Positions 36,099 through 47,747 of a stretch of DNA of 64,000 bases are shown in pieces. Source of the stretch: Myxococcota bacterium. Its GTDB lineage: Bacteria > Myxococcota_A > UBA9160 > UBA4427. Positions within the stretch are counted from its first letter, which is position 1; every line of letters starts with the position of its first letter. The position numbers were made by a program, and so were the translations under genes. Below the pieces are notes generated by a model, which was not told the origin of the DNA, searched no databases, and saw only the letters and a program-made list of their open reading frames with translations. Location of the stretch: contig OZ252299.1 of the NCBI GenBank assembly GCA_965250285.1, positions 4,064,001-4,128,000 on the forward strand, read 5' to 3'.

Positions 36099-38389
36099 AC
36101 ACACCCATCCTTCGCTGCGTCGGTGCGCGTGCACCGATCGAAACCCGCGCGCGCGAACGCTTCGTTCTACGTGCATGGGTCGCTCTCATGATCGCGACGG
36201 CATGCTCGATCGCGATCGGCGCGACCTCGGTGCAGGCAAGCCCGCACGACGGCACCCGACCCGAGCTCGTCGCAATCATCGACGGAAACGAGGTGCCGCT
36301 GCCGACCCTCGCGCTCGACATGAAGGCGAAGATCCAGGGGGATCTCGCGACGGTGATCCTGAGCCAGACGTTCGAGAACCCGAACGATGTGCCGATCCAC
36401 GCGCGATACATGTTCCCGCTGCCGCCCGACGCGGCGGTCTTTGCGATGCGCTTCATCTCGGGTGACCAGATGATCGAAGCCGAGATTCGCGAGAAGCAGG
36501 AGGCGCGCGCCGTCTTCGAAGCCGCGAAGAAACGCGGCAATCAGGCGGCCCTCACCGAGCAGCATCGCCCGAACGTGTTCACGCAGGAGGTCGCGAACCT
36601 CACGCCCGGCTCGCGCGTACGGGTCGAGCTCGAGTACGCGCACGTCGTCGACAAAGAGCACGGCGACTACCGGTTCCACTTTCCGATGGTCGTCGGTCCC
36701 CGCTTCGTTCCACTCGCGCCTTCCGGGGGGAGCGCGGGTGCCCCCACCCGAGTGCCCGGAGAACCCGAGGCACTCGAGGTGGGGGTCTGGAACCTGCCGC
36801 CGACGATGCCCGTCGCACCGCCCGATCGCGTCGACCGCGATCGCGTCTCGATTCACGTCGAGCTCGACGGCGGGCTCCCGGTGCGCGAGCTCACGAGCCC
36901 GAGTCATCCGCTGAAGGTCGAGCAGGACGGGCGGAGCAAGCGGACGATCACGCTCGGCGAGGGGCGCACGCTCGACAACCAGGACTTCGAGCTGCACTAC
37001 CACCTGGCCGATGACGACGTCGCCGCGGGGGTCACGAGCTTCGCAGACGGCGGCGACGGCTACTTCTCGTTGCTGATCGAGCCGCCCGACGAGGTCGCCG
37101 ACGGCCGGATCGCTCGGCGTGAGATGGTCTTCGTGCTCGACTGCTCGGGTAGCATGTCGGGCGTACCGATGGCGGCCTCGAAGCGCTTCATGCGCCGAAG
37201 CCTCGCGGGCCTGCGACCGGGCGACGCATTTCGCATCATCCGCTTCAGCGACTCGGCGACGGCGTGGAGCGAACAGCCGCTCCCCGCGACGCCCGAGAAC
37301 GTGCGAGACGGGCTGCGCTACGTCGACTCGCTCTTCGGCAGCGGCGGCACGCACATGGCGAGCGGCATTAGCGCCGCACTCGCGCCGGCTGTGCAAGAGG
37401 GCCGCGTGCGACTCGTCGTGTTCCTGACCGACGGCTACATCGGGAACGACATCGAGATCGTACGCCTGCTCGAAGCCGAACGCGGCGAGGCGCGCCTGTT
37501 CTCGTTCGGCATCGGAAACAGCGTCAACCGCTACCTGATCGAAGAGATGGGCCGCGTGGGGCGCGGCGCTTCGCGCATGGTGCGCCCCGACGCCGATGCC
37601 GAGCAGGCCGCCGACGAGCTGGTCGCCCGCTTGGACGCGCCCGTCCTGACCGACATCGAGATCGACTGGGGCGACGCCGATATCGCCGACGTCTTTCCGC
37701 GCGAGATCCCCGATCTCTTCGCGGGGCAGACCGTTCGAGTGATGGGCCGATACGAAGCGCACGGTCGGCACCGGGCCATGATCCACGGTCGGATCGCCGG
37801 GGCACCGGTGAAGCTGCCCATCGATCTCGATCTGCCCGCACACGAGACGGGGGTCGAGGGCCGCGCCATTCCGATCATCTGGGCGCGCTCCCAGATCGAG
37901 GACCGCATGATCGAGTTCATCTCGCCCGCATCCGATCAAGAGGACCGCGACGCGCTGCAGGCCGAGGTGACCCGCCTCGGGCTGACCCATCGCCTGCTGA
38001 CCCAGTGGACCTCGTTCGTCGCCGTGGCGCGCGAGGTCGTGAACCCCGGCGGCGAAGGGTTCGACGCCGACGTCGAGGTGCCCCAGGTCGAAGGCGTCGC
38101 CGAAGCCGCGTATCCGCCCGGCGCGGTCCCGACGTCACCCGGGGCGAGCGCCGTCGCCGCGTCGAGCCCGACGAGCGAATCGGAGACGAGCGGCTTCGAC
38201 TTCGGCCCGGCCGCCGGCAAGGGGGCGCTCGCGCCCGCAGCGCCCGTCTTCCACGGCGCGCTGCAGCTCGTTGCGCAGAACGGGTTCACGGGCGCGTCGG
38301 GTCCGGAGCCCTCCACCTGGCTCGCGCTCACGGCGATCGGGCTCGTCGGCAGCGTGTTGTGGTGGCGCCGCACTACGGCAAACTCGTAG
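36095..38389 (+). CDS. VIT + vWA domain protein with PEP-CTERM-type sorting signal
   Basis: ATGA overlap with the exosortase. VIT (QTFENP...YMFPLPPDAAV...EKQEARAVFEAAK), MIDAS DCSGS, FLTDG, tail GPEPSTWLALTAIGLVGSVLWWRR. Confidence 0.92.
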   Translation: MNTPILRCVGARAPIETRARERFVLRAWVALMIATACSIAIGATSVQASPHDGTRPELVAIIDGNEVPLPTLALDMKAKIQGDLATVILSQTFENPNDVPIHARYMFPLPPDAAVFAMRFISGDQMIEAEIREKQEARAVFEAAKKRGNQAALTEQHRPNVFTQEVANLTPGSRVRVELEYAHVVDKEHGDYRFHFPMVVGPRFVPLAPSGGSAGAPTRVPGEPEALEVGVWNLPPTMPVAPPDRVDRDRVSIHVELDGGLPVRELTSPSHPLKVEQDGRSKRTITLGEGRTLDNQDFELHYHLADDDVAAGVTSFADGGDGYFSLLIEPPDEVADGRIARREMVFVLDCSGSMSGVPMAASKRFMRRSLAGLRPGDAFRIIRFSDSATAWSEQPLPATPENVRDGLRYVDSLFGSGGTHMASGISAALAPAVQEGRVRLVVFLTDGYIGNDIEIVRLLEAERGEARLFSFGIGNSVNRYLIEEMGRVGRGASRMVRPDADAEQAADELVARLDAPVLTDIEIDWGDADIADVFPREIPDLFAGQTVRVMGRYEAHGRHRAMIHGRIAGAPVKLPIDLDLPAHETGVEGRAIPIIWARSQIEDRMIEFISPASDQEDRDALQAEVTRLGLTHRLLTQWTSFVAVAREVVNPGGEGFDADVEVPQVEGVAEAAYPPGAVPTSPGASAVAASSPTSESETSGFDFGPAAGKGALAPAAPVFHGALQLVAQNGFTGASGPEPSTWLALTAIGLVGSVLWWRRTTANS

Positions 38390-38405
38390 CGGGGGAGAGA
38401 CCGGC

Positions 38406-39122
38406 ATGGCCCGCATTCTCGTCGTCGACGATGACGCTCACATTCGCGAGGTGGTCTGCTTCGCGCTGGAGAAGGCGGGCCATGCAACGAGCGAAGCGGC
38501 GGATGGCCGGGCGGCGCTGGACGCGTTCGCCCGGTCGCCCGCCGAGCTCGTCGTCCTCGACATCCTCATGCCCGAGGTCGACGGACTCGAGGTCTGCCGT
38601 GAGCTGCGCCGCGAGAGCGATGTCCCCATTCTCTTCCTGTCGAGTCGCGACGAAGAGCTCGACCGGGTGCTCGGCCTCGAGATGGGCGCCGACGACTATG
38701 TCGTGAAGCCGTTCTCGCCGCGCGAACTCGTCGCGCGGGTGAAGGGCATCCTCAGGCGGGCGCAGCGACGCAACGCGCCCCCGACGGGCGAGGCGGGCGA
38801 CCGCGAGCATGTGATCGAGCTCGGACCGCTGCGCATGGATCTGCAGCGCTTCGAGTGCACGTGGGAGGGTGTGCCGATCACGCTGACCGTCACCGAGTTC
38901 GGTCTGCTGCAATCGCTGCTGGGGATGCCCGGCAAGGTCTACACCCGCGACGAGCTCGTCGACCGGGCCTATGGCGATGGCCACCACATCACCGACCGCA
39001 CGGTGGACAGCCATATCCGTCGCATCCGAAAGAAGTTCAAGGCCGCCGGCGGCGAGCCGGTCGAGACGGTGTACGGACTCGGCTATCGCATTCGGCTCGA
39101 GCCGGGCGACGCGACCCCGTGA
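38406..39122 (+). CDS. OmpR/PhoB-family response regulator (CreB/ChvI/PdsR-like)
   Basis: ILVVDDD, LDILMP, GADDYVVKPFSPREL, winged helix DRTVDSHIRRIRKK, ETVYGLGY. Confidence 0.95.
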   Translation: MARILVVDDDAHIREVVCFALEKAGHATSEAADGRAALDAFARSPAELVVLDILMPEVDGLEVCRELRRESDVPILFLSSRDEELDRVLGLEMGADDYVVKPFSPRELVARVKGILRRAQRRNAPPTGEAGDREHVIELGPLRMDLQRFECTWEGVPITLTVTEFGLLQSLLGMPGKVYTRDELVDRAYGDGHHITDRTVDSHIRRIRKKFKAAGGEPVETVYGLGYRIRLEPGDATP

Positions 39123-40726
39123 GACGCGCACCCGGGGCGGGCGAAGCGGCGGGCGGCGAAGCGGCCGGCCGCTGGCGCCCGCGCATCGGGATCCGCGAGC
39201 TGCTGCTCGCGGTGAATGCGTTCGCCCTGCTGGTGCCGCTCGGCGCCATCGTGCTGCTGCGCATCTTCGACGATCAGCTGATTCGCCGCACCGAGGCTCA
39301 GCTGATCGGTCAGTCGGTGTTGATCGCCGAAGCCTGGCGCGAGGCGTGGCTGCGTGAGTCGGGCCTGTCGCCCGAGAACGCCCCCGACTGGATGCCCCCC
39401 TCGGCGAAGGGCCGAACCTACTTCGCACTCGAGCCGATCTTGAGTCTCGACCAGGGTGTGCTGCCACCGACCCCGGACGAGCCGGCGCGGGTCGGTTCGG
39501 CACGGCAAGGGGCCGCCTGGCGCGCCGGTCGGGCGATCGAGCCGGTGCTCGAACGGGCCGTGCGGATGAATCTGTCGAGCGCCCGGGTGCTCGACGACCA
39601 GGGTTGCGTGGTGGCGTCGAGCGGATCCCAGCTCGCGGCCTGCTTCGGCGACCTCGCCGAGGTGCGCGGCGCCCTCGAAGGCCACTATGCGGCCGTGCTG
39701 CGTCACCGCGTCAGCGACGATCCGGCGCCGGCCTACGACAGCATCAGCCGACGCGGACGCGTGCGCGTCTATACGGCGCTCCCTGTGCTCGCTGACGGCG
39801 AGGTGATCGGCATCGTGCGCATGTCGCGCACGGCGATCGATCCGGGCAAGGCGCTCTGGTTCGATCGCTACCGGCTGCTCGCGGTCCTCGTCGGGTGCGC
39901 CGTCGGTACGGCCGCACTCTCGCTCTTTCTGTCTCGCACGATCGTCCGGCCGCTGCGGGCCATCACGCGCGTCGCGCGCGACATCGCGAGCGGCGCAGGG
40001 CGCGAGCCCGTTGCCCTCTCACGGTTGGCTCCCGACGAGCTTCGCGAGGTGAGCGATGCCCTCGATCAGATGATCGACCAGCTCTCGGACCGCGCCGAGT
40101 ACATCGCCGAGTTTGCCGCCACGGTGAGCCACGAGCTCAAGACGCCGATCACCGGCATTCGCGGCGCTTCCGAGCTGCTCGCCGAGCAGTGGGACGAGAT
40201 GAGCGACGGCGAGCGACGGCGGTTCATCGACAACATCCAGAGCGACGCCGACCGCATGGAGCGCCTCGTCACGCGGCTCCTGCATCTCGCGCGCATCCAG
40301 AGCGCGCCCGAACAGGTCGAAGACATCGACCTCGACGCGTTCTGTCGCGGGCTCGCTGAGCGCTACGGCCCGGGTCTCGCGATCGAGGTCGAGCGTCCGG
40401 GCCTGCACGTGCGCATCCAACCCGAGCACCTCGAATCAGCACTTCGCAATCTGCTCGACAACGCGTTTCGGCACGGCGCCGGTCAGCCCGTCGGGCTCCA
40501 CATCGGCGCGCGCGGCGAACGCCTGGCGGTCCACGTGACCGATCATGGGCCGGGCATCAGCGAAGGCAACCGCGACCGCGTGTTTCAGCGGTTCTTCACG
40601 ACGGAGCGCGACAACGGCGGCACCGGGCTCGGTTTGGCGATCGTGCGCGCCGTCGCCGAGATGCGGGGCGGATCGCTGACGTTCGAGACGAGCGACGCCG
40701 GCACCACGTTCGAGCTGTTGCTCTAG
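39119..40726 (+). CDS. Sensor histidine kinase (CreC/PdsS-like)
   Basis: GTGA overlap. Two TMs, HAMP, SHELKTPITGIRGASELL, NLLDNA, DHGPGI, FFTT, GTGLGL. Confidence 0.94.
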   Translation: MRRAPGAGEAAGGEAAGRWRPRIGIRELLLAVNAFALLVPLGAIVLLRIFDDQLIRRTEAQLIGQSVLIAEAWREAWLRESGLSPENAPDWMPPSAKGRTYFALEPILSLDQGVLPPTPDEPARVGSARQGAAWRAGRAIEPVLERAVRMNLSSARVLDDQGCVVASSGSQLAACFGDLAEVRGALEGHYAAVLRHRVSDDPAPAYDSISRRGRVRVYTALPVLADGEVIGIVRMSRTAIDPGKALWFDRYRLLAVLVGCAVGTAALSLFLSRTIVRPLRAITRVARDIASGAGREPVALSRLAPDELREVSDALDQMIDQLSDRAEYIAEFAATVSHELKTPITGIRGASELLAEQWDEMSDGERRRFIDNIQSDADRMERLVTRLLHLARIQSAPEQVEDIDLDAFCRGLAERYGPGLAIEVERPGLHVRIQPEHLESALRNLLDNAFRHGAGQPVGLHIGARGERLAVHVTDHGPGISEGNRDRVFQRFFTTERDNGGTGLGLAIVRAVAEMRGGSLTFETSDAGTTFELLL

Positions 40727-40752
40727 CCAGGCCGCCGGACCGCCGCGGCAGC

Positions 40753-41595
40753 CTAGAAGGGCTTGTCGCCCGCGATGGTCACGCGCTCGACGCGACGCAC
40801 GGCCGGCCTATAGTCGAAGGCGGCGTAGTGCTGTACGGCGCGGTTGTCCCAGAAGGCCACCGAGTTCTTTCGCCAGCGAAAGCGGCACTGGTATTCGGGC
40901 ACGGCGGCCTGGCGATAGAGCATGCGGAGCAGGCGCTCGCTCTCTTCGGGCTCGACATCGAGGATATGCGTCGTGAACGCCGCGTTCACGTAGAGCCCCT
41001 TGCGACCCGTTTCGGGATGCGTGCGAACGACGGGGTGCACCGCATCGGGGTACTGCGCCTCGAACGCGGCGCGCTTCTCTTCGTCCATGTTCTTCGCAAA
41101 GACCCGGGTGAAGCTGTGGTTCGCCCGCGCGCCGTCGATGCGCTCCTTGATCTCGTCGGGCAGGCGCTCGAAGGCCGAGATCATGTCGGCGAAGAGCGTG
41201 TCTCCGCCCACATCCGGGATGATCCGCCCGCGCAGGATCGAGCCGAGCGAAGGCTCTTTGCGCCACGTGACGTCGCTGTGCCAGGTATTCTGGCCCGCCT
41301 TCGAGTTCTCGTCGTGATGAATGATCACGACCTCGGGGAAGTCCTCCCGGTTCGGGGTGAAGGGATGGATCTCGAGCTCACCGAAGCGGCGGCCGAACTC
41401 GACATGCTCGCCGACCTCAACGTCCTGATCTCGAAAGAAGATGACCTTCCAGTCGAGCAGGGCCTGTCGAATCTCCTTGATCTGCACATCGGTGGCATCG
41501 CCGTTCATCCGAAAGCCACCGACTTCGGCGCCGATGGTCGGCGTCATCGGGGCCACGGTGATGCTCTCGTAGTCGCGGGTGATCGGCGTCGTCAT
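40753..41595 (-). CDS. TauD-family dioxygenase (taurine/alkylsulfate type)
   Basis: IGAEV, WHSDVT, GGDTLFAD, HPVVRTHPETGRKGLYVN, WDNRAVQHYA, R.VERVT. Confidence 0.94.
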   Translation of the reverse strand: MTTPITRDYESITVAPMTPTIGAEVGGFRMNGDATDVQIKEIRQALLDWKVIFFRDQDVEVGEHVEFGRRFGELEIHPFTPNREDFPEVVIIHHDENSKAGQNTWHSDVTWRKEPSLGSILRGRIIPDVGGDTLFADMISAFERLPDEIKERIDGARANHSFTRVFAKNMDEEKRAAFEAQYPDAVHPVVRTHPETGRKGLYVNAAFTTHILDVEPEESERLLRMLYRQAAVPEYQCRFRWRKNSVAFWDNRAVQHYAAFDYRPAVRRVERVTIAGDKPF

Positions 41596-41675
41596 GGTCG
41601 ATTCTCCATCGCTCGGCGTCTCGGTGTCGGTCGGGTCACGTGATCACCGCGCGCTGCGCGGGCGGGACGCCGCGA

Positions 41676-42131
41676 TCAGGTGAACTGCCATCGGCGCTTC
41701 GGGGGCGCAGCGGTCTCGATCACCTGGACGTCGAACCAGATGGGCAGCAGATAGCGGAAGTAGAAGGCGTGGGTGGTGACGTCACCGACGACGAGATCTT
41801 CGTACTCCTTCACCTGAACGCGATCGTCTCGCTGCTGCCACGCATGCACACGGGCGAGCTTGTCGTCGACGACTGCGCGGTCGTCGTAGAGAAACCCGAG
41901 ATGATCGTAGCCGGGCGACTCGATGTGAACGTCTTGCTCCATGAGCAGCAGAAACTGGCTGGTCTCGTCGTCGGTGCGGAGCAATAGACCGGTCTTGCCG
42001 AAGAGCGGAACCTCGAGGGCATCGAAGCCGAAGACGTCGCCGTAGAAAGCCTTGATGTCGGCGCGCGCCTGCTCGTCGAGCGCGCCCTCGGGCATCGTCA
42101 GCTCCATGTGATTGAATCGGAGTTCGGGCAT
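41676..42131 (-). CDS. VOC/glyoxalase-like protein
   Basis: FNHMELT, FYGDVFGF, DHLGF. GAGGAGG RBS. Confidence 0.7.
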   Translation of the reverse strand: MPELRFNHMELTMPEGALDEQARADIKAFYGDVFGFDALEVPLFGKTGLLLRTDDETSQFLLLMEQDVHIESPGYDHLGFLYDDRAVVDDKLARVHAWQQRDDRVQVKEYEDLVVGDVTTHAFYFRYLLPIWFDVQVIETAAPPKRRWQFT

Positions 42132-42220
42132 GGGGGCCTCCTCGTCTGCACGATAGCAATGGCCCCGGTGCGTTCTCTACCCTCCCCGGCTCACGGTTCG
42201 ACGACGAGAGGAGCGCCCCG

Positions 42221-42982
42221 ATGAGCGAGTTCTGGATCGAAAGCCGGCACGGGACAGTCGCGGTCCTGACGTTCGACCGCCCGCCGAAGAACTGGATGAG
42301 TCTCGAGGCGATGACCGAGCTCGTCGGGCACCTGCAGCGGCTCGCCGATGCGACGGACGAGGTGCGGGTCGTCATGCTGACCGGCGGCATCGACGGGTTC
42401 TTCATCGCGCACGCCGATCTCGACGACCTCGCGAAGATGGCGAAGGGTGAGCAGGTCGCGGGCGATCCACGCGCGTGGGTCGATGCGCTCGCGCTGCTCG
42501 AGTCGATGCCCCAGCCCACGGTCGCGGCGATCGACGGGCAGGCCTGGGGGGGCGGATGCGAGACCGCCCTCGCCTGCACGATGCGCATCGGCAGTGCGCG
42601 CGCCCACCTCGGTCAGCCCGAGGTGAGCGTCGGCATCATCCCGGGCGCGGGCGGCACGCAGCGATTGCCTCGTCTGGTCGGTGCCGGCATCGGCGCCGAG
42701 CTCTGCGTCACCGGCCGCATCGTGCAGGCCGACGAGGCGCATCGCATCGGTCTGCTGAACGCGATCCTGCCCACGGAGGGCTTCATCGAAGCCGCCGTCG
42801 AGTGGTGCGGTCGCATCGCGCGCAACCCGGGCGCCGCGGTCTTCGCAGCGAAACGGGCGGTCGTCGACGGGCTGAGGCTGCCACTCGAGGACGGGCTCAA
42901 GCTCGAGCGCGAGCTCTTCGCCCGTGCGAACGCTTCGGATGAAGCGCGCGCGGCCAACGCCGCCGTGCCGCGCCCCGACTGA
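42221..42982 (+). CDS. Enoyl-CoA hydratase/isomerase family protein
   Basis: FIAHADL, AIDGQAWGGGCE, GQPEVSVGIIPGAGGTQRLPRLVG. Confidence 0.94.
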   Translation: MSEFWIESRHGTVAVLTFDRPPKNWMSLEAMTELVGHLQRLADATDEVRVVMLTGGIDGFFIAHADLDDLAKMAKGEQVAGDPRAWVDALALLESMPQPTVAAIDGQAWGGGCETALACTMRIGSARAHLGQPEVSVGIIPGAGGTQRLPRLVGAGIGAELCVTGRIVQADEAHRIGLLNAILPTEGFIEAAVEWCGRIARNPGAAVFAAKRAVVDGLRLPLEDGLKLERELFARANASDEARAANAAVPRPD

Positions 42983-42989
42983 GGACGAC

Positions 42990-43967
42990 GTGCCGGAGCC
43001 GGGTCGAGAGATGAAGCGCAGGTCGCGCAACGTGCCGCCGATTCCGATCGGCTGGTACTGCATTGGCTACGGCGACGACTTCGGCGTGGGCGAGGTGCAT
43101 GCGCTGCGCTGCTTCGCGCGCGACCTCGTCGTCTACCGGGTGCAGAGCGGCGCGATCACGTTGGCCGAGGCGCACTGCCCGCACCTCGGCGCCCACCTGC
43201 AAGGGGGCTTCGTCGACGGCGATGGGCTGCGCTGCCCGTTCCACCACTGGAAGTTCGACGCGGGCGGGGCGTGCATCGATGCACCGTACGCAGCGCGGAC
43301 GCCTTCGGCAAAGCTCGCGACCCTGCCCGTCGCCGAGGCGAATGGCTTCGTCTGGGCCTGGTACCACCCGCACGGCGAGGCGCCTTCCTTTCCGCTGCAC
43401 ACCTTCGACGAGATCGCTTCGGGGGAGTGGACGCCGTACCAGAAGCGCGAGTGGACGATCTCGACTCATGTGCAGGAGACCGGTGAGAACGCGGTCGATA
43501 GCGCGCACTTCCTCGCGGTCCACGGCGTGCCCGATCTGCTCGCCCGGCCGGAGGTTCGGTTCGAGGGCCACCTGCGCACATCGGATCTCGCGATGGAGCT
43601 GACGCGCATCACCGAGGCGAAAGGCCTCGAGCGCGGCCGGTACGTCGACGGGCACATCGTGACGATGAACTCGGGCCCTGGGCAGACGTGGACGCGACAG
43701 CTCGGCGTCGCCGATCTGCTGATCATCGGGCTGCCGACCCCGGTCGAGCGCGATCGGCTGGTCCTGCGATTCGCCTGCTCGGTTCCCAAGGCGCAGGTCG
43801 AGACGAAGGGACGCCTCAGCCAGGCGATCATCCAGAACGCCTTCGACCAGGTCGAGCAGGACATCCCGATCTGGGAGCACAAGCGCTACCTCGAGCGCCC
43901 CGTGCTCTGCGACGGCGACGGTCCGATCGCCGAGTACCGGCGCTGGTTCGCGCAGTTCTACGCCTGA
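42990..43967 (+). CDS. Rieske [2Fe-2S] oxygenase, KshA/Neverland-like
   Basis: CPHLGAHL...CPFHHW; ENAVDSAHFLAVH; QDIPIWEHK...LCDGDGPI..YRRWFAQFY. Start is GTG 42990 or ATG 43011. Confidence 0.9.
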   Translation: MPEPGREMKRRSRNVPPIPIGWYCIGYGDDFGVGEVHALRCFARDLVVYRVQSGAITLAEAHCPHLGAHLQGGFVDGDGLRCPFHHWKFDAGGACIDAPYAARTPSAKLATLPVAEANGFVWAWYHPHGEAPSFPLHTFDEIASGEWTPYQKREWTISTHVQETGENAVDSAHFLAVHGVPDLLARPEVRFEGHLRTSDLAMELTRITEAKGLERGRYVDGHIVTMNSGPGQTWTRQLGVADLLIIGLPTPVERDRLVLRFACSVPKAQVETKGRLSQAIIQNAFDQVEQDIPIWEHKRYLERPVLCDGDGPIAEYRRWFAQFYA

Positions 43968-44242
43968 ATGGCACGCGGGCCAGCCTGCGGTCGCGACCCA
44001 CCCGCGGCCGGTGCGGCGCCAGCGGAGCGCGGGATCGGCGCGATCCCGGCTCCATGAACTGAGCTGATTTCGGCACATATCACCCAGACGCCCCCTCTCC
44101 TCACCGCTTTGGGGCTGCGTGCCCCAATGAGCTGATTCGAGCCTATTTCAGCACACAACTGGCCAACGATCGTGTACACAGGTGCACTCTCATGCCCACT
44201 CGGGAACGATCGGAGTCATTTTTGAGCTCGAAGTGCGACCCG

Positions 44243-45927
<1,685 letters not shown>

Positions 45928-45956
45928 GGCGCTCGCCCGACCCGGCACGGGCGATC

Positions 45957-46877
45957 TCAGCGCGCGCGCCGGGCCCGATCGGCGAGATACTCGAGCGTCC
46001 GCGCGTCGCCGCCGGGCTCGACGCGCCCGACGTAGGCTTCGAGCTCGGTGACGCCCGCATCGGCCAGTCGGTCGAGACCGGCGTCGAGCGCCGACTCGTC
46101 GCCGGCGAGCACGTAGTCGCGCACGTCGTCGCTGCCCTCCCGTTCGATCATCGCCCGGTAGCTCGGCAGGCTGCGATACGTCTCGAAGAGCGGGCCGAGC
46201 TTCGCGTGGGCTTCGTCGACCTTGGTGGTCAGCAGCACGTTGACCCCCGCGACGACGCGTGGCGAAGGCCGACCGGCGTCACGGGCAGCCGCAGCGATCG
46301 TCGGGACGATGTGCCGGGCGATCGTGCGGGGACCGGTCATCCAGAGGATCGTGCCGGCGGCACGCTCCCCGGCGATGCGCAGCATGCGCTCGCCCAGCGC
46401 CCCGATCAGCACCGGCACGTCCGCTCCGCCGGGCACGTCGAGTTCGAGCGCGCCCGAGATCTCGGCCCCGCGGTGCTCCGCACGGTGGCCTCGCAGCAGG
46501 GGCTCGAGCAGCGCCATCTGCTCCCGCATGTGGCGCGCCGGACGGGCGTACGGGAGCCCGTACATCGCCTCGATCACGACCGGATGCGACAAGCCGATGC
46601 CGAGGGTGAAGCGCCCGCGGCTGGCCGCGTTCGCCGTGAGCGCGGCCTGCGCAGTGGCTGCCGGATGGCGCGGCTGAACGGGGACCACCGCCGTCCCGAT
46701 CTCGATGCGCTCGGTCGCGCGCCCGACCAGCGCCGCCGCCGTGATCGCGTCGAGGCCGAAGACGTGGGGGATCCAGAGCGAGTCGAAGCCCATTCGCTCG
46801 AGCTCCCGGGCGCGTGTCTCGATGTCGGTGAGGGCGCCCGGCTGGGCGCGTGTGGCGAGCATGACTCCGATGCGCAC
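45957..46877 (-). CDS. LLM-class F420-dependent oxidoreductase
   Basis: GTG 46877 with AAGGAG RBS. GFDSLW, IEIGTAVVP..PRHP, GRFTLGIGLSH, ALGERMLRIAG. Confidence 0.9.
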   Translation of the reverse strand: MRIGVMLATRAQPGALTDIETRARELERMGFDSLWIPHVFGLDAITAAALVGRATERIEIGTAVVPVQPRHPAATAQAALTANAASRGRFTLGIGLSHPVVIEAMYGLPYARPARHMREQMALLEPLLRGHRAEHRGAEISGALELDVPGGADVPVLIGALGERMLRIAGERAAGTILWMTGPRTIARHIVPTIAAAARDAGRPSPRVVAGVNVLLTTKVDEAHAKLGPLFETYRSLPSYRAMIEREGSDDVRDYVLAGDESALDAGLDRLADAGVTELEAYVGRVEPGGDARTLEYLADRARRAR

Positions 46878-47054
46878 GCGGTCTCCTTGCTGGTGGCGGC
46901 GGGCACGACCCGTCGACCGCACGCGGCCTCGGCGCGGGACGACGTCGATGTGCATCCGGCGCGCAGGCGCCGTGCAGGCCGATCGACGCCAACGAGCGAC
47001 TTCGACCACCATCGACCCTAACTCGGCCCGCGTTCGATTCAAGCCGTGCCCGTC

Positions 47055-47079
47055 TCAAGTCGCTCGCCTCGAAGCCGAT
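47055..47079 (+). promoter_or_regulatory. sigma28 (FliA/WhiG)-like promoter TCAAG-N14-GCCGAT
   Basis: TCAAG 47055-59, GCCGAT 47074-79, about 56 bp upstream of the TTG start. Confidence 0.55.
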
Positions 47080-47135
47080 GGCAAGAGGCAGACTGCCTGT
47101 CCGCGCGGCACTCGGAGCGCAAGGAGACCCCCCCC

Positions 47136-47747
47136 TTGAAGAACTCGTGCATCAAGGGATCGATCATCGACCGCCTCGTCGAAGACGTCTGCACCCTGCG
47201 CGAGGTCAGCGACAAGATGATGTCGCGCGTCGATGCCTATCTCGATGCAGAGACGCTCGAGCTGCTCGAGACCAAGGTGAATCCCGTCAGCTGGTACGCG
47301 CTGACGACATACGATCAGCTGTCACGCGCCTTGCTCGACATCGAGGGCCACGGCGACGTCGCGTACCTGCGCGAGCGAGGCAACGCCATCGGGCGGCGCA
47401 CGATGGAGGCCGGGCTCTATCAGCAGCTCGAGTATCTGAGCCGCACGCGAAACGCAGTCAGTCTCGACGCCTATCTGCGCGACATGCGACTGATCGTGAC
47501 GTTGCAAGGGGCCCTCGTCAGCACCGGCACCTGGACGGCCGAACCCGACACCGAGCACGCCGAGCGGGTCACGCTCCTCGCACGCGACGTCGAGGGCTAC
47601 CCCGAGACGCTGTGCCACAGCACTGCGGGGTTCATGACCGGGGTCTCGGCGTTGACGCACGACAGCGGCATCGAGTGGCGATGGGAGCGCCCCTCCGAGA
47701 ACGAGGTGCACTACCGCATGGACCGCGACCTTTCGGCGCTCGACTGA
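47136..47747 (+). CDS. Hypothetical protein (possible V4R/HNOB-like fold)
   Basis: TTG with AAGGAG RBS. IKGS...PVSWY pattern and globular composition. 3' end overlaps the convergent gene by 37 bp. Confidence 0.65.
   Translation: MKNSCIKGSIIDRLVEDVCTLREVSDKMMSRVDAYLDAETLELLETKVNPVSWYALTTYDQLSRALLDIEGHGDVAYLRERGNAIGRRTMEAGLYQQLEYLSRTRNAVSLDAYLRDMRLIVTLQGALVSTGTWTAEPDTEHAERVTLLARDVEGYPETLCHSTAGFMTGVSALTHDSGIEWRWERPSENEVHYRMDRDLSALD

Noticed and set aside
44145..44180. sigma54 promoter for amtB
   Set aside because: The best candidates (TGGCCAACGATCGTG and CAGCACACAACTGGC) fail the GG-N10-GC rule.
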